Positions 19,070 through 28,658 of a stretch of DNA of 64,000 nucleotides are shown piece by piece. Source of the stretch: Spirochaetia bacterium. GTDB taxonomy: Bacteria > Spirochaetota > Spirochaetia > SZUA-6 > Bin103. Location of the stretch: contig CBDBDQ010000005.1 in NCBI GenBank assembly GCA_965203905.1, forward strand, positions 512,001 through 576,000, written 5' to 3'. How positions within the stretch are numbered: the stretch's first letter is position 1; every line of letters starts with the position of its first letter. The notes under the pieces are model-generated. The model saw only the letters and a program-made list of their open reading frames with translations, was not told the DNA's origin and did no database searches. A program made the translations under genes and the position numbers.

Positions 19070-19837
19070 GTGGTAACGCGTGAGACTGCGGCCCTGGTAC
19101 GCGAGGCGGTCGTGGCCGCGGTGGACCCGCTGGAGATCATCCTCTTCGGGTCGGTAGCGGTCGCTGCGCAGGGCAACGACCTCGATGTGCTCGTGGTGAC
19201 GGACCGCCGCGACGATTCGGCGGCGACGGATGGCGACCTGCGCTCGGCGCTGCGGCCTCTCAAGCGCCGGTTCGAGATCGACGACTACCATCTGACCCAC
19301 ACCCAGTTCGCTCGACAGCTCCGCCGCGGAAGCGTGTTCTTGCGCAAGATCGTCAGCGAGGGGATCTGCATCTACATGAGAGACGGGATCAAGGCATGGC
19401 GCCGGCAGACCGAGGAAGAACTCGCCACCGCGGAGTACCTGCTGGCGGGGGACTTCATTCGTGGTGCGTGCTGTCACGCGCAGCAATGCGTCGAGAAGTC
19501 GCTCATGACGATGCTGCTGGAACGCGGCTGGGAGCTGGAGAAGATTCACGGCATTCACCGTTTGACCGTCGTCGCTCAGGATCACGGCGTTCCGGTCAAG
19601 TTGCAGCCGACTGACGTCGATTTCATCGATGAGATCTACCGTGGCAGGTACCCGGCCGAGTCGGGTCTCCTCCCTCTGGGTACCCCGACCCGCGAAGATG
19701 CCGAACGGGCGGTCGCGCTTGCCCGCAACAGCGTGCAGGAGATGAGCGCGTTCCTGGCGGCCGGCGAACAGCCAGCGGACGACATGCCGCCAGCCGATGC
19801 CGACCTGCCGGACCAAGACACCGACGTATCAGGCTGA
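19070..19837 (+). CDS. Fused minimal nucleotidyltransferase (MNT) + HEPN domain protein
   Basis: N-half IILFGS...NDLDVLVV; C-half W..Q.EEELATAEYLL...ACCHAQQCVEKSL...KIH.I..L...RYP...EDAERAV. Single open frame; GTG 6 nt after TATGCT. Confidence 0.8.
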   Translation: MVTRETAALVREAVVAAVDPLEIILFGSVAVAAQGNDLDVLVVTDRRDDSAATDGDLRSALRPLKRRFEIDDYHLTHTQFARQLRRGSVFLRKIVSEGICIYMRDGIKAWRRQTEEELATAEYLLAGDFIRGACCHAQQCVEKSLMTMLLERGWELEKIHGIHRLTVVAQDHGVPVKLQPTDVDFIDEIYRGRYPAESGLLPLGTPTREDAERAVALARNSVQEMSAFLAAGEQPADDMPPADADLPDQDTDVSG

Positions 19838-19963
19838 GCTTCGCGGTAATTATGCCGGCTCTTTACCGGCACCGGGTTTGTACGCAGGGCCACTCCGTGG
19901 CGCCAGAGACCATGAATCGGAACACGTGATTCGTCTGCTGGACATGTATGCGGGATAGGCGTC

Positions 19964-20749
19964 ATGGTTGCAGGCGTGAAGCACAACACCATGAAGCGCA
20001 AGATGCTGGCGGGCCAGCCGGTGGTGGGAGCCGAGTTGGCGCTCGGCTGTCCCGTGATCGGCGAGATGTTCTCGCTGGCCGGATTCGATTTCGTGCAGGT
20101 GGATTGCCAGCACGGGATGTGGAACGACAGCACCGCGTTCGAGGCCTTCCATCACATCTGCCTGGGGCCGGCGACGCCGTCGGTACGGGTGCCGGACAAC
20201 GACTACGCCGGAATCGGCCGGCTGCTGGACCGCGGCGCCCTGAGCATCATCGTGCCGATGGTCAACAGCCCCGAGGAGGCGCAGCGCGCGGCGCGGGCGG
20301 TGCGCTACCCGCCGCGTGGATCCCGCTCCGGCGGCGGCCCCGTCGGCTACCTGACCTACGGCGGCGATTACGCCACCAGCGCCAACGACGAGGTCCTGCT
20401 GATGGTCCAGATCGAGACCGAGCGCGCGGCGCAGGCGGCGGCCGAGATCCTCGGCGTCGACGGCGTGGACGGCTGCATGATCGGACCGGCCGACCTGAGC
20501 CGCAGCATGGGCCTCGACCTGAGTCAGCCTGCCGACCGGGAGCGCCATGCGCAGACGATCCGCCAGATCCGCGATGACTGCATTCGGGTCGGCAAGCTGC
20601 CCGGCATCGCCACCGGCGGCCGGGCAGCCGAGCAGTACCTCAAGGAGGGCTACCTGTTCGTGCTGGCGCTGGGGGATTACGGGCTGATCGCTGAAGGCGG
20701 ACGCGAGGCGCTGCAGTGGATCAACGAGGTGCGCGCCGCGAGCTCGTAG
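19964..20749 (+). CDS. HpcH/HpaI aldolase family protein
   Basis: GFDFVQVDCQHG, VRVP, LLDRGA..IIVPMV, YPPRGSRS, VQIET, GVDG..IGPADLS. Confidence 0.9.
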   Translation: MVAGVKHNTMKRKMLAGQPVVGAELALGCPVIGEMFSLAGFDFVQVDCQHGMWNDSTAFEAFHHICLGPATPSVRVPDNDYAGIGRLLDRGALSIIVPMVNSPEEAQRAARAVRYPPRGSRSGGGPVGYLTYGGDYATSANDEVLLMVQIETERAAQAAAEILGVDGVDGCMIGPADLSRSMGLDLSQPADRERHAQTIRQIRDDCIRVGKLPGIATGGRAAEQYLKEGYLFVLALGDYGLIAEGGREALQWINEVRAASS

Positions 20750-20849
20750 CGCCCGCAACCGCCGCCGCTGGCGCCGCTTTTTCGCCCAGCCTCACCTACC
20801 GGCAGGCCCTCGTCGGGTGAACCCGACAAGCTCCTGTCGCGGCCGCGCT

Positions 20850-21701
20850 TCAGAAGCGCGGCGCCTGAAATGGGCCGGCGGCTTCGCCGCGGAGCAGCCG
20901 CGCCGCGTACTCCCACTCGAACGGCGACTCGAGGAAGCGCCGGCGTCCGTTGCGTACGTCGAAGCCGATGCCGGCGGCCTGCGGGAAGTGGCTGTAGATC
21001 ATCAGCCGCCGCGGCCGACCGGAGCCGTTGCCCCGGGAGTTGTGCACCAGCAGCACGTGGAACAGCATCACCGATCCCGCCGGAGCGAGGATGTCCTGTC
21101 CACCCTGGAGGTCGATCAGGTCGGCGCGCACCTGGATGTCGCCGTCCGGCAGCCGCTCGTGCTCCAGGTGGGCGGCGTGGCTGCCGGGCCATACCCGCAG
21201 CGGTCCCGACTCCGGCGTGCAGTCGTCCATCGACACCGCGGACGAGATGATGCTCTGCGGGTAGTTCTGGGCCTTGTAGTAGGCCCAGTCGCTGTGCACG
21301 GGGAAGTGGGTGTCGGCACGTGACGGCCGCAGGCCGGGCAGCGGCTCGGGGAGCGGTTCCTTGTAGTTGAGCTTCTCCTCCATCAGCACCGGCTCGTCGC
21401 CCATGATCTGCTGCATCGGTCCCAGCAGGCGCTCGTCCGCCACCACCTCGCTCAGGTAGAGGGAGAGGTCGTTGATCGGCTGGATCTTGCGCACCATCTG
21501 GCGGCCCGATTCGTCCTGCGTCAGGTCGAGGCGACCGCTGGTACGGCCCAGGACCAGCGAGGAGTTGATCACCAGCTCCAGGATGCGATCCGCCTCGCAA
21601 CGCATGCGCGCCACTTCCGCAGCGTCGAAGACCTCCGGCAGCACCAGGTAGCCCCGCTCCGCGAACTGCGCGAGCTGTGCCGCATCGAGTGGGGGAGACA
21701 T
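20850..21701 (-). CDS. PhyH-family Fe(II)/2OG dioxygenase
   Basis: FAERGYLVL, HSD, GPLRVWPGSH, AGSVMLFH..LVHNS..N....R. Confidence 0.88.
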   Translation of the reverse strand: MSPPLDAAQLAQFAERGYLVLPEVFDAAEVARMRCEADRILELVINSSLVLGRTSGRLDLTQDESGRQMVRKIQPINDLSLYLSEVVADERLLGPMQQIMGDEPVLMEEKLNYKEPLPEPLPGLRPSRADTHFPVHSDWAYYKAQNYPQSIISSAVSMDDCTPESGPLRVWPGSHAAHLEHERLPDGDIQVRADLIDLQGGQDILAPAGSVMLFHVLLVHNSRGNGSGRPRRLMIYSHFPQAAGIGFDVRNGRRRFLESPFEWEYAARLLRGEAAGPFQAPRF

Positions 21702-21745
21702 ACGCGCAGCATAGCGCGCCGGCGCCGGCCGCGTATAATGGGGCG

Positions 21746-23110
21746 GTAACGCTCACGGTGTGGACGACCGCCAACGTCGAGGCGTTTCCCGACGGACAGA
21801 ACGAGAACAACAACGAGATCCACTCGTTTCTGCAGGAACAGACCGGCTACCAGCTCAACTGGCTGATCGGATCGCGGGAGGACCAGCTCGCCAAGCTGAG
21901 CCTGCTGATCGCCTCCGGCGACCCGCCCGATCTGATGACGCCGCTGCCACCCTCCTTCTTCGGCGAGCTGATCGAGCAGCGCGTGCTGCTGCCCCTGGAC
22001 GACCTGATCGACTCGCACGGCCAAGTATTCAACACCATCGTACCGGAGAGCCTGTGGGCCTCGGCGAAGGCTGGCGGACAGATCTTCGGCGTGCCGCAGG
22101 AAGGAGCCGTGCAGTCCCACGGCGGCCCGCTGATGCGCCAGGACTGGCTCCAGGAGGCGGGTCTGGAGCCGCCGGTCACGGTGGAGGACTACGTCAACGT
22201 GCTGCGCGCGTTCAAGCGCAACCATCCCGACTCCATTCCGATGACCGGGAACGCATGGGGCGTGCGTGGCGGCATTTCGCCGTTCTGCGGCTACTACGGG
22301 GCCTGCACGACCTTCATCGAACGCGACGGCAAGGTAGTGGACACGCGCGTGGAGCCCGAGACCAGGGAAATGCTGGCGCTGCTGCGCGGCCTGGTGGAGG
22401 AAGGACTGCTGGATCAGGAGTACGTGATCAACAAGGGGCAGCAGATCAACGAGAAGGTCGCCAGCGGCAAGGTGGGCATGTGGTCCTCCAGTCCGTGGTC
22501 GCTGCGCGATCTGTTGCCCGCCTTCGAGGAGAACAACCCCGGCGCCAAGTACCTCTTCATCGCGCCGGCGGTCGACCGCCAGGGACAGGCCGGGGTGCGG
22601 CAGCGCGAGCCGGTACGGGGCTTCAGCGTGATCGCGATCGATTCCGAGCACCCGGAGGAGGCGATGGACTTCCTGGCGCAGTACGCAGGACGCGAAGACA
22701 TTCAGGACTTCGTTTCCTACGGCATCGAGAATGTCCACTACACGGTGCGGGAGGACGGGCTGAAGGAGGTCACGCCGGAGGCGGAGACCCGCAAGTACAA
22801 CATCTACTACGTAGCCTGGAACACGGTGCAGGGGCACCTGGACCGGGCCAAGCTCAAGCACTACTGGCCGGTGTACGAGCCCACCTTCAAGTACTCGCTG
22901 TACCCGGAGATCGTCGCCTACGCGCCGCCCATCAAGGCCTACGAGCAGGTCAAGCAGAGCCTGACCGACCTCACCAACGAGACCTTCGACAAGATCATTC
23001 TCGGCCAGCTCCCCGTGGCGGCGTTCGACGACTACGTGCAGCATTGGGAGAAGCTCGGCGGCGCCACCGCCCTGAAGGCGGTCGCGGACTGGTGGGCATC
23101 GGTCCAGTAG
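21746..23110 (+). CDS. ABC solute-binding protein (family 1) lacking a signal peptide; start uncertain
   Basis: KLSLLIASGDPPDL, GQIFGVP, MRQDWLQEAGLEPPVTVEDY..VLRAFK, YGIENVHY. No hydrophobic N-terminus and no adjacent permeases. Confidence 0.75.
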   Translation, partial: VTLTVWTTANVEAFPDGQNENNNEIHSFLQEQTGYQLNWLIGSREDQLAKLSLLIASGDPPDLMTPLPPSFFGELIEQRVLLPLDDLIDSHGQVFNTIVPESLWASAKAGGQIFGVPQEGAVQSHGGPLMRQDWLQEAGLEPPVTVEDYVNVLRAFKRNHPDSIPMTGNAWGVRGGISPFCGYYGACTTFIERDGKVVDTRVEPETREMLALLRGLVEEGLLDQEYVINKGQQINEKVASGKVGMWSSSPWSLRDLLPAFEENNPGAKYLFIAPAVDRQGQAGVRQREPVRGFSVIAIDSEHPEEAMDFLAQYAGREDIQDFVSYGIENVHYTVREDGLKEVTPEAETRKYNIYYVAWNTVQGHLDRAKLKHYWPVYEPTFKYSLYPEIVAYAPPIKAYEQVKQSLTDLTNETFDKIILGQLPVAAFDDYVQHWEKLGGATALKAVADWWASVQ

Positions 23111-23114
23111 GCCG

Positions 23115-23897
23115 GTGAGCGATGGCCCGCTGTCGGAGGAGCAGGTAGCCGGCTACCGCGAACGCGGCTACCTGCTGCTGCGCGGCCTGTTCGACGGCGC
23201 CGACGTGGCGCGCTGGCAGTCGGAGTGCGACCGCCTGCTCGCCGTCGGCGCCGCCGCCGACCCCTACGACATGCGCGTCGGACGGCGCGACGTCGACGGC
23301 GAGGCGGTGGTGGAGCGCTTCGACCCGGTGCAGGACGTCTCTCCCGTGTTCCACGATCTGGCCCGCGACCGGCGCCTGCTCGGAGGGCTCTCCCAGCTCC
23401 TCGGTGATACCCCGCTCCTGTTCAAGGACAAGCTGATCTTCAAGCTGCCGGGCATGAGCGGCTACACCATGCACCAGGATGGCGCCTGGTGGGCGGGCTT
23501 CCCGATCACGGAGATCCTCACGGCAATGGTGGCGATCGACTCCGCCGGCGCCGACAACGGCGGCCTGGAACTGTTCGCCGGCTACCACCACGAGCTGCTG
23601 TCCGTCCCCGGCGAGTTGCGCAATCTGACGGCCGACGAGGCGGGGCAGGTGCGCGAGGCGGATGGCACCCTGCTGGAGACCGAACCGGGCGACCTGCTGT
23701 TGTTCTCGGCGCGGACCCCGCACCGCAGCGGCACCAATTCCGGCAGCCGCAGCCGCCGCCAGCTCTACCTCACCTATTCGGCGGCCCGCCACGGCGACCT
23801 GTACGCGGCCCACTACCGCCACTACCACCGCTACAGCCTGAAGCACAAGGACCCCGACGAACGCGAGCGCTACTACCACCCATTGATTGCGCGCTGA
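23115..23897 (+). CDS. PhyH-family Fe(II)/2OG dioxygenase
   Basis: YRERGYLLLRGLF, FKDKLIFKLPG..GY.MHQD, NGGLE, PGDLLLFS..TPHRSGTN...RR.LYLTY. Confidence 0.9.
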   Translation: MSDGPLSEEQVAGYRERGYLLLRGLFDGADVARWQSECDRLLAVGAAADPYDMRVGRRDVDGEAVVERFDPVQDVSPVFHDLARDRRLLGGLSQLLGDTPLLFKDKLIFKLPGMSGYTMHQDGAWWAGFPITEILTAMVAIDSAGADNGGLELFAGYHHELLSVPGELRNLTADEAGQVREADGTLLETEPGDLLLFSARTPHRSGTNSGSRSRRQLYLTYSAARHGDLYAAHYRHYHRYSLKHKDPDERERYYHPLIAR

Positions 23898-23923
23898 TCC
23901 GAGGCTTGTTGATCGGGCCCCAG

Positions 23924-24700
23924 CTAAGTGCCGAACACCGCTCGAAATCGCGCCATTGCGTCGTGATCGTCGGCTGAGGGAAACGCCTCCATGCCGATCA
24001 CGCCCTCGTACCCGACCTCGCGCAGCACTGACGCGATGTGCGGGTAGTCGATCTCGCCCGTGCCCGGCTCATGTCGGCCGGGTACGTCCGCCACATGAAC
24101 GTAACCCACGTACGCGTGGTAGTCGCGGATCAGCTGCGTGACGTTACCTTCTTCGATCTGCGCGTGATAGACGTCGCACAGCAGGCGGATGCGCGGGCTG
24201 CCCACCTGCTCGATCAACCGCACCACGTCCTCCGTGTGTGGCAAGGGGTAGCCGCCATGGTCGACCTTGGTGTTGAGCTGTTCCAGGCTGTAGACGACAT
24301 CGTGGCGCTCGGCCAGCTCGGCGACCTGCGACAGGGTCTTGTACGCGGTGATCCACATGGTGGCCGGATGCTCGGCAATCGCATGCACGACATGCCCCTG
24401 TGCGTCGAGCTCGCCGGTCGTGATGCTGAGGTTGCGGCAGTGGAGCCTCTGCGCGACCTCCAGATTCTGCTGCACGCCGTCCAGAAACTCCGTGACGCCG
24501 TCGGGGTGCACCATGCTGCCGCCACCCCAGCCGGGGACTGCGCAGATACGTATCTCGGGATCGGCGGCTATCACGTCGATGGCGCTGTCCTCCCAGCCCC
24601 AGAGATCCACGCCGAATCCGGCGTGGGCAATCTCCTGCACTCGCTGCAGAAACGGCAGATGGCGCAGCACCGTCCCCTCACATACTGAAAGTTGGAACAT
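23924..24700 (-). CDS. Hydroxypyruvate isomerase-like TIM-barrel protein
   Basis: LEQLN..VDH.GY, DVYHAQIEEGN, HVADVPGRHEPGTGEIDY, GYEG.IGME. Confidence 0.88.
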   Translation of the reverse strand: MFQLSVCEGTVLRHLPFLQRVQEIAHAGFGVDLWGWEDSAIDVIAADPEIRICAVPGWGGGSMVHPDGVTEFLDGVQQNLEVAQRLHCRNLSITTGELDAQGHVVHAIAEHPATMWITAYKTLSQVAELAERHDVVYSLEQLNTKVDHGGYPLPHTEDVVRLIEQVGSPRIRLLCDVYHAQIEEGNVTQLIRDYHAYVGYVHVADVPGRHEPGTGEIDYPHIASVLREVGYEGVIGMEAFPSADDHDAMARFRAVFGT

Positions 24701-24821
24701 CGTGCGTCGCACTGTAGCTCAAATTGCGGGCTCGTTCAGCGGCGGTCGTCAACGGATCGAGCGACCGACGCGGCGTACCCGGCCCACACCTACCACAGCA
24801 GCGACCAGAATCATCACCGAC

Positions 24822-25712
24822 TCACGTCGCGAGAGCTTCCCGAAAGACGCTTTGAAACGCTTCGAACGGCACTCGTAGATCGATGTTCTGGCAGTCGATC
24901 GCCAGAGGGGAGGTGTTGCCATCGGTAAATGTCCACTGGATCGGCCATTCGAAGTGCCACAAGCGAAGCGACCGGTAGTATTTCGCCAACAGCGCATCGG
25001 TGCGCTCGTTGCGTGAGCCACTGGGATAGGCGAAATGATTGGGCAGGAAGCCGAGGCGCTCCTGAAACCGATCATTGGATGTTTGCACTTCCCATAGCAC
25101 GCCCTCGTCGCCACTCGCCGAGTGTCTGTCAACGAGCTTGCAGTGGGTCGCGGTGTGAGCGCCGATTTCCCAACCTGAGTCGTAGAGTCGTCCCACCTGA
25201 TCCCATGTCATGAAGGGGTTCTCGACGACCCCTTCGGTGAGTGTGCGGACCGTGGCAGCCTCGCCTTGGGATGCGGCTTCGACCCCGTCCGTGATTGGGA
25301 AACAGGTAGCAACCATGCCCAATCGGTGCAAGATGGGTAGGGTGACTGTGAGTGTATCAAGCCAACCGTTGTCGAAGTTCAGCACGAGAGCCTTGTCGGG
25401 AAGGGCAGCGTCAGCAGTGAGCCATTCGACCATCTGTGTGGTCGAAACCACCTGCCAACCCGCGTCCGCGACGTACTGCATCTGACGGAGAAACTGAGAC
25501 TCGGCGACCACGCCCGCCCCGGATTCACGGGCTGACTGCTTCAGTTCCGGGGCATCGTCGTGATAGACGTGATGGTAGACGAGAATGGGAACACGCCGTC
25601 GTCGCCTCGACCCGCGCTCCTCGCGCGAACCCGAGCGGGTCCAATCCGCTCGCGCACTCGGATGTCTCCTGGCGAGGTGGCGGGGGTCGCTCCGATCTTC
25701 CTCAGGTGCCAT
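24822..25712 (-). CDS. Polysaccharide deacetylase (CE4/NodB) family protein; start uncertain
   Basis: PILVYH, LNFDNG (cf. TFDDG), FMTWDQV..L...GWEIGAHTATH, FAYPSG. Confidence 0.82.
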   Translation of the reverse strand: MAPEEDRSDPRHLARRHPSARADWTRSGSREERGSRRRRRVPILVYHHVYHDDAPELKQSARESGAGVVAESQFLRQMQYVADAGWQVVSTTQMVEWLTADAALPDKALVLNFDNGWLDTLTVTLPILHRLGMVATCFPITDGVEAASQGEAATVRTLTEGVVENPFMTWDQVGRLYDSGWEIGAHTATHCKLVDRHSASGDEGVLWEVQTSNDRFQERLGFLPNHFAYPSGSRNERTDALLAKYYRSLRLWHFEWPIQWTFTDGNTSPLAIDCQNIDLRVPFEAFQSVFREALAT

Positions 25713-25802
25713 GCGTGGATCTCATCAAAAAAGGGGGCAGCTCCATCCCGATCTTGCCACGAGCGCATCTTACACGCGCGCTTCGAGTTGTGATAGCGGA
25801 AC

Positions 25803-25880
25803 GATATCGACCGCTCATTTTGTCCTCCAGGCGGCCACGAGATGAAGGCCATCGCGGTGATCCAGGACCCCGTAGCCCAG
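25803..25880 (+). mobile_element. Possible tiny decayed remnant of an IS91-like (Y2) transposase C-terminus
   Basis: Translates DID..FCPPGGHEMKAIAVIQDPVA, resembling 'VDPL.CP.CG.EMK.IAVI.DP' tails; very short. Confidence 0.3.
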
Positions 25881-25910
25881 TATCAGGAAACCAGGGGAGC
25901 CTGATCGAAG

Positions 25911-26624
25911 CTACGGACGAGCTCTATCCCGTCCTTTTGCCGTTCGGCTGGCGACTGAACACTCACACCGGCCGGGCTCGTCTTGCGGTCCAGCGAACGG
26001 GCGTCCCCACGCGACGTCCGCAGATCTGGTGCGCGGCTGCGGGCCGCCGGCAACTGACGCGCCGCTCGCCGGCGTCAGCGCGCTCTCCTCCAGCTCGATG
26101 CCGAGGCCGGGACCCGGCGGCAAGGCCAGCGCCCCGTCCTCGATCGGCCACGGCAGCGTGCCGCCGGTGGCGATGGCGGCAGACGGTTGCTCATGGTTGA
26201 TGAAGCACTCCACGATGAGCAGATTTGGCATCCCCACGGCGGCATGTAGGGTGGCTGCCAGACCACACGTTAGGCTGTTGTACTGGTGCGGTGCCGCTGC
26301 CACATGGTGGCTCTCAGCACTCGCCGCTATCTGGCGCAGATCGAGGATGCCCCCGGTCGCGCACACGTCCGGATTCACGATGTCCGCGGCGCGGAGGACC
26401 AATACGTCGCGGAACTCAGCCATGCCGTACAGTTCCTCGCCGGTGACGACTGGCACGTCGACCGCGGCGCGGACCTCTGCCAGCGAAACCAGGTCGCGGG
26501 ACGAGATCGGCTCCTCGAACCAGAAAGGCCGGTAGGCTTCGATGCGCCGCGCGAAGGCGATTGCGACCATTGGCGCCAGACGGCGGTGCGCTTCGACACC
26601 CATCTGGCGATCGGCCATAACCAC
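25911..26624 (-). pseudogene. Mandelate racemase/galactonate dehydratase-like enolase, C-terminal half only
   Basis: VEAH, FWFEEP, VPVVTGEEL, DIVNPDV...GGI, APH, LPPGPGLGIEL; N-terminal domain absent. Confidence 0.75.
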
Positions 26625-26665
26625 CTGGAAGAGTTCATGGTATCCCTGCTCTCTTGAAGCCGAAG

Positions 26666-27970
26666 CTACATCGACCGGAGCGTTTGGTCAGCGGCCTCCA
26701 GGGTCCTGTCGATGTCCTCTTCGGTATGAGCCGTGGACAGGAACCACCTCCCGTCATTCAGCAGCCGCACACCTCGTTCCAGCATCCCGGTCCTGAACAG
26801 CAGATATCTTTTGGTATCCGAGCTTGTGGCATCCGAGCGGTAGTCGGGGAGCTCTTTTTCAGTAGTGAAGATCAGGTGAAACGCGGGCCCAAGACCCTGG
26901 ATGAGCACATCCTCTTGGTGGGTGACAGAGAGCGTCCGTAGCCCATCCATCAACCTTGTTCCCACAGAATAGATGTGTTCGTAAACGGCGCCGTCGTCTT
27001 CCATCAGCTTGCTGATGCAGGCTTGGGCCGCGGCCATCACCATGACATTACTGTTGTAGGTCCCTGCCAGTACCGTGGTGCTGTCCTCCAGCGAGGCCAT
27101 CAAGTCGCGCTTCGCGGCTACCATCGAGATGGGAAACCCGCCGGCCATGGCCTTGGCGAAGACACCCATGTCCGGGGTCACGCCGAGGTATTCCTGGGCG
27201 CCTCCCAAGGCGATGCGAAACCCGGTGATCACTTCGTCGAAGATGAGGACTATCCCGTTATCGTGGCACAGCTTGCGGACGCCCTCGAGGTATCCGGCTC
27301 GAGGCAGGGACGAGTTGACGTTGCAAGCGATGGCTTCCGTTATGATGGCAGCCAAATGGTCCTTGTGCTCCTCGACGGCTTTCGTTAGCACATCGAGATC
27401 GTTCCAGGGCAGGACGATGACCTCCTCCGCAGAACCGGTCGCTTGTCCAGCGGAAACAGCAACCGGCGTAGGGCAGTCATACTCTCCAATACGGTCTAGA
27501 GGCGGGTGCAAGGTGCTGTACATCACGCTATCCATCCAGCCATGGTAGTGACCCTCGAACTTGATGAACTTGTTGCGACCGGTGTGGGCTCGAGCCATGC
27601 GCAGAGCCGATTGGACGGCCTCCGTTCCGGAGCTGCTGTAGCGCACCAATTCAGCACACGGGACTGCCTTCTGGACCATCTCGGAGACCTCGATCTCCAG
27701 GTCATGTTGGCCCGAAAAGACCTGGAAGCGCTGCATCTCCCGGATCACGGCTTCCAGGAGGAAGTCAGGAGAATGGCCGAAGAATGCGGGTCCGTTGGCC
27801 ATTTGGTAGTCGATATACTCGTTGCCATCTACGTCGAACAGCTTTGAACCCTTAGCGCGTTCGAAGAACAGTGGAATCGGCTGCTCGCCGATCCTGACCT
27901 GGCTGCTGACGCCTCCCGCGAGGGACCGCTTTGATCGTTCATATAGAGCCTTCGACTTTTCGTAACTCAC
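26666..27970 (-). CDS. Class-III PLP aminotransferase (GSA-aminomutase-like)
   Basis: GGVSS, DVDGNEYID, SGTEA, KFEGHYHG, LIFDEVITGFR, PD...AKAMAGGFP, GTYNSN. Confidence 0.9.
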   Translation of the reverse strand: MSYEKSKALYERSKRSLAGGVSSQVRIGEQPIPLFFERAKGSKLFDVDGNEYIDYQMANGPAFFGHSPDFLLEAVIREMQRFQVFSGQHDLEIEVSEMVQKAVPCAELVRYSSSGTEAVQSALRMARAHTGRNKFIKFEGHYHGWMDSVMYSTLHPPLDRIGEYDCPTPVAVSAGQATGSAEEVIVLPWNDLDVLTKAVEEHKDHLAAIITEAIACNVNSSLPRAGYLEGVRKLCHDNGIVLIFDEVITGFRIALGGAQEYLGVTPDMGVFAKAMAGGFPISMVAAKRDLMASLEDSTTVLAGTYNSNVMVMAAAQACISKLMEDDGAVYEHIYSVGTRLMDGLRTLSVTHQEDVLIQGLGPAFHLIFTTEKELPDYRSDATSSDTKRYLLFRTGMLERGVRLLNDGRWFLSTAHTEEDIDRTLEAADQTLRSM

Positions 27971-28010
27971 CGCGTTTCTCCCGTCAAGCACAGATAAACT
28001 CGGCCATCAT

Positions 28011-28658
28011 TCACAACGTCCGAACTGACTCTGACAAGTCGTACTCGTCCATGGCCACAGCCATGTGGGCTGCCTCGAGAGGGGACCACTCGCAGTTGAT
28101 GTCCACCGCAAGCGGCGTGCCGTCGCCGATCGCCACCCGCGCCGCGCGTACGCTCTCCACGTCGATCTGGTGGAGCTTGACCATCTCGTAGCCCTCGCGG
28201 ACAGCCTGTGCCGCGTGCTCGGCCATCCGATCGCGGTCGGTGTAGCGCACCAGGCTGGCGTAGGCCTTGATCTCCCGTTCTGCAGCGCCGCCCAGCAGCT
28301 CGTAGAGCGGTTTGCCGGCGCGTTTCCCGGCCAGGTCCCACAGGGCGACCTCCACTCCACTGATTGCGAAGGTGGTCACCCCGTACCGACCGAAGAGGTG
28401 AGTCTTCCGGAACAAGCTGTCCAGGATTCCCCGGATGTCCGATGCGTCCCGGCCGACGAGAAGCGGGCGTAGGGTATGATTGACCATCGCGGTAACCGAT
28501 GCGGCCTGGCCGTAGCCGTAGGCCTCGCCCCAGCCGACCAATCCATCATCGGTTTTGACCTCCACCATCACTTGGTTGAACGTTTCCCATATCCAAGGGA
28601 TGGTGCCGTCTTTGGGGGGAATGGCCAGCGGGATCGCCGTCACTTGTGCGATGTTCAC
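28011..28658 (-). pseudogene. Mandelate racemase/muconate lactonizing enzyme family, N-terminal part, truncated
   Basis: VKTDDGLVGWGE, AISGVEVALWDLAGK....PLYELLGG, VDIN; stops just before the conserved W.EEP. Confidence 0.8.

Noticed and set aside
26666-27970. Naming the class-III aminotransferase hemL
   Set aside because: Family motifs match, but the accessory context and lack of tetrapyrrole genes make orthology unsupported.
25911-28658. One enolase gene split by an insertion
   Set aside because: The two fragments overlap in the homologous region with different sequences.
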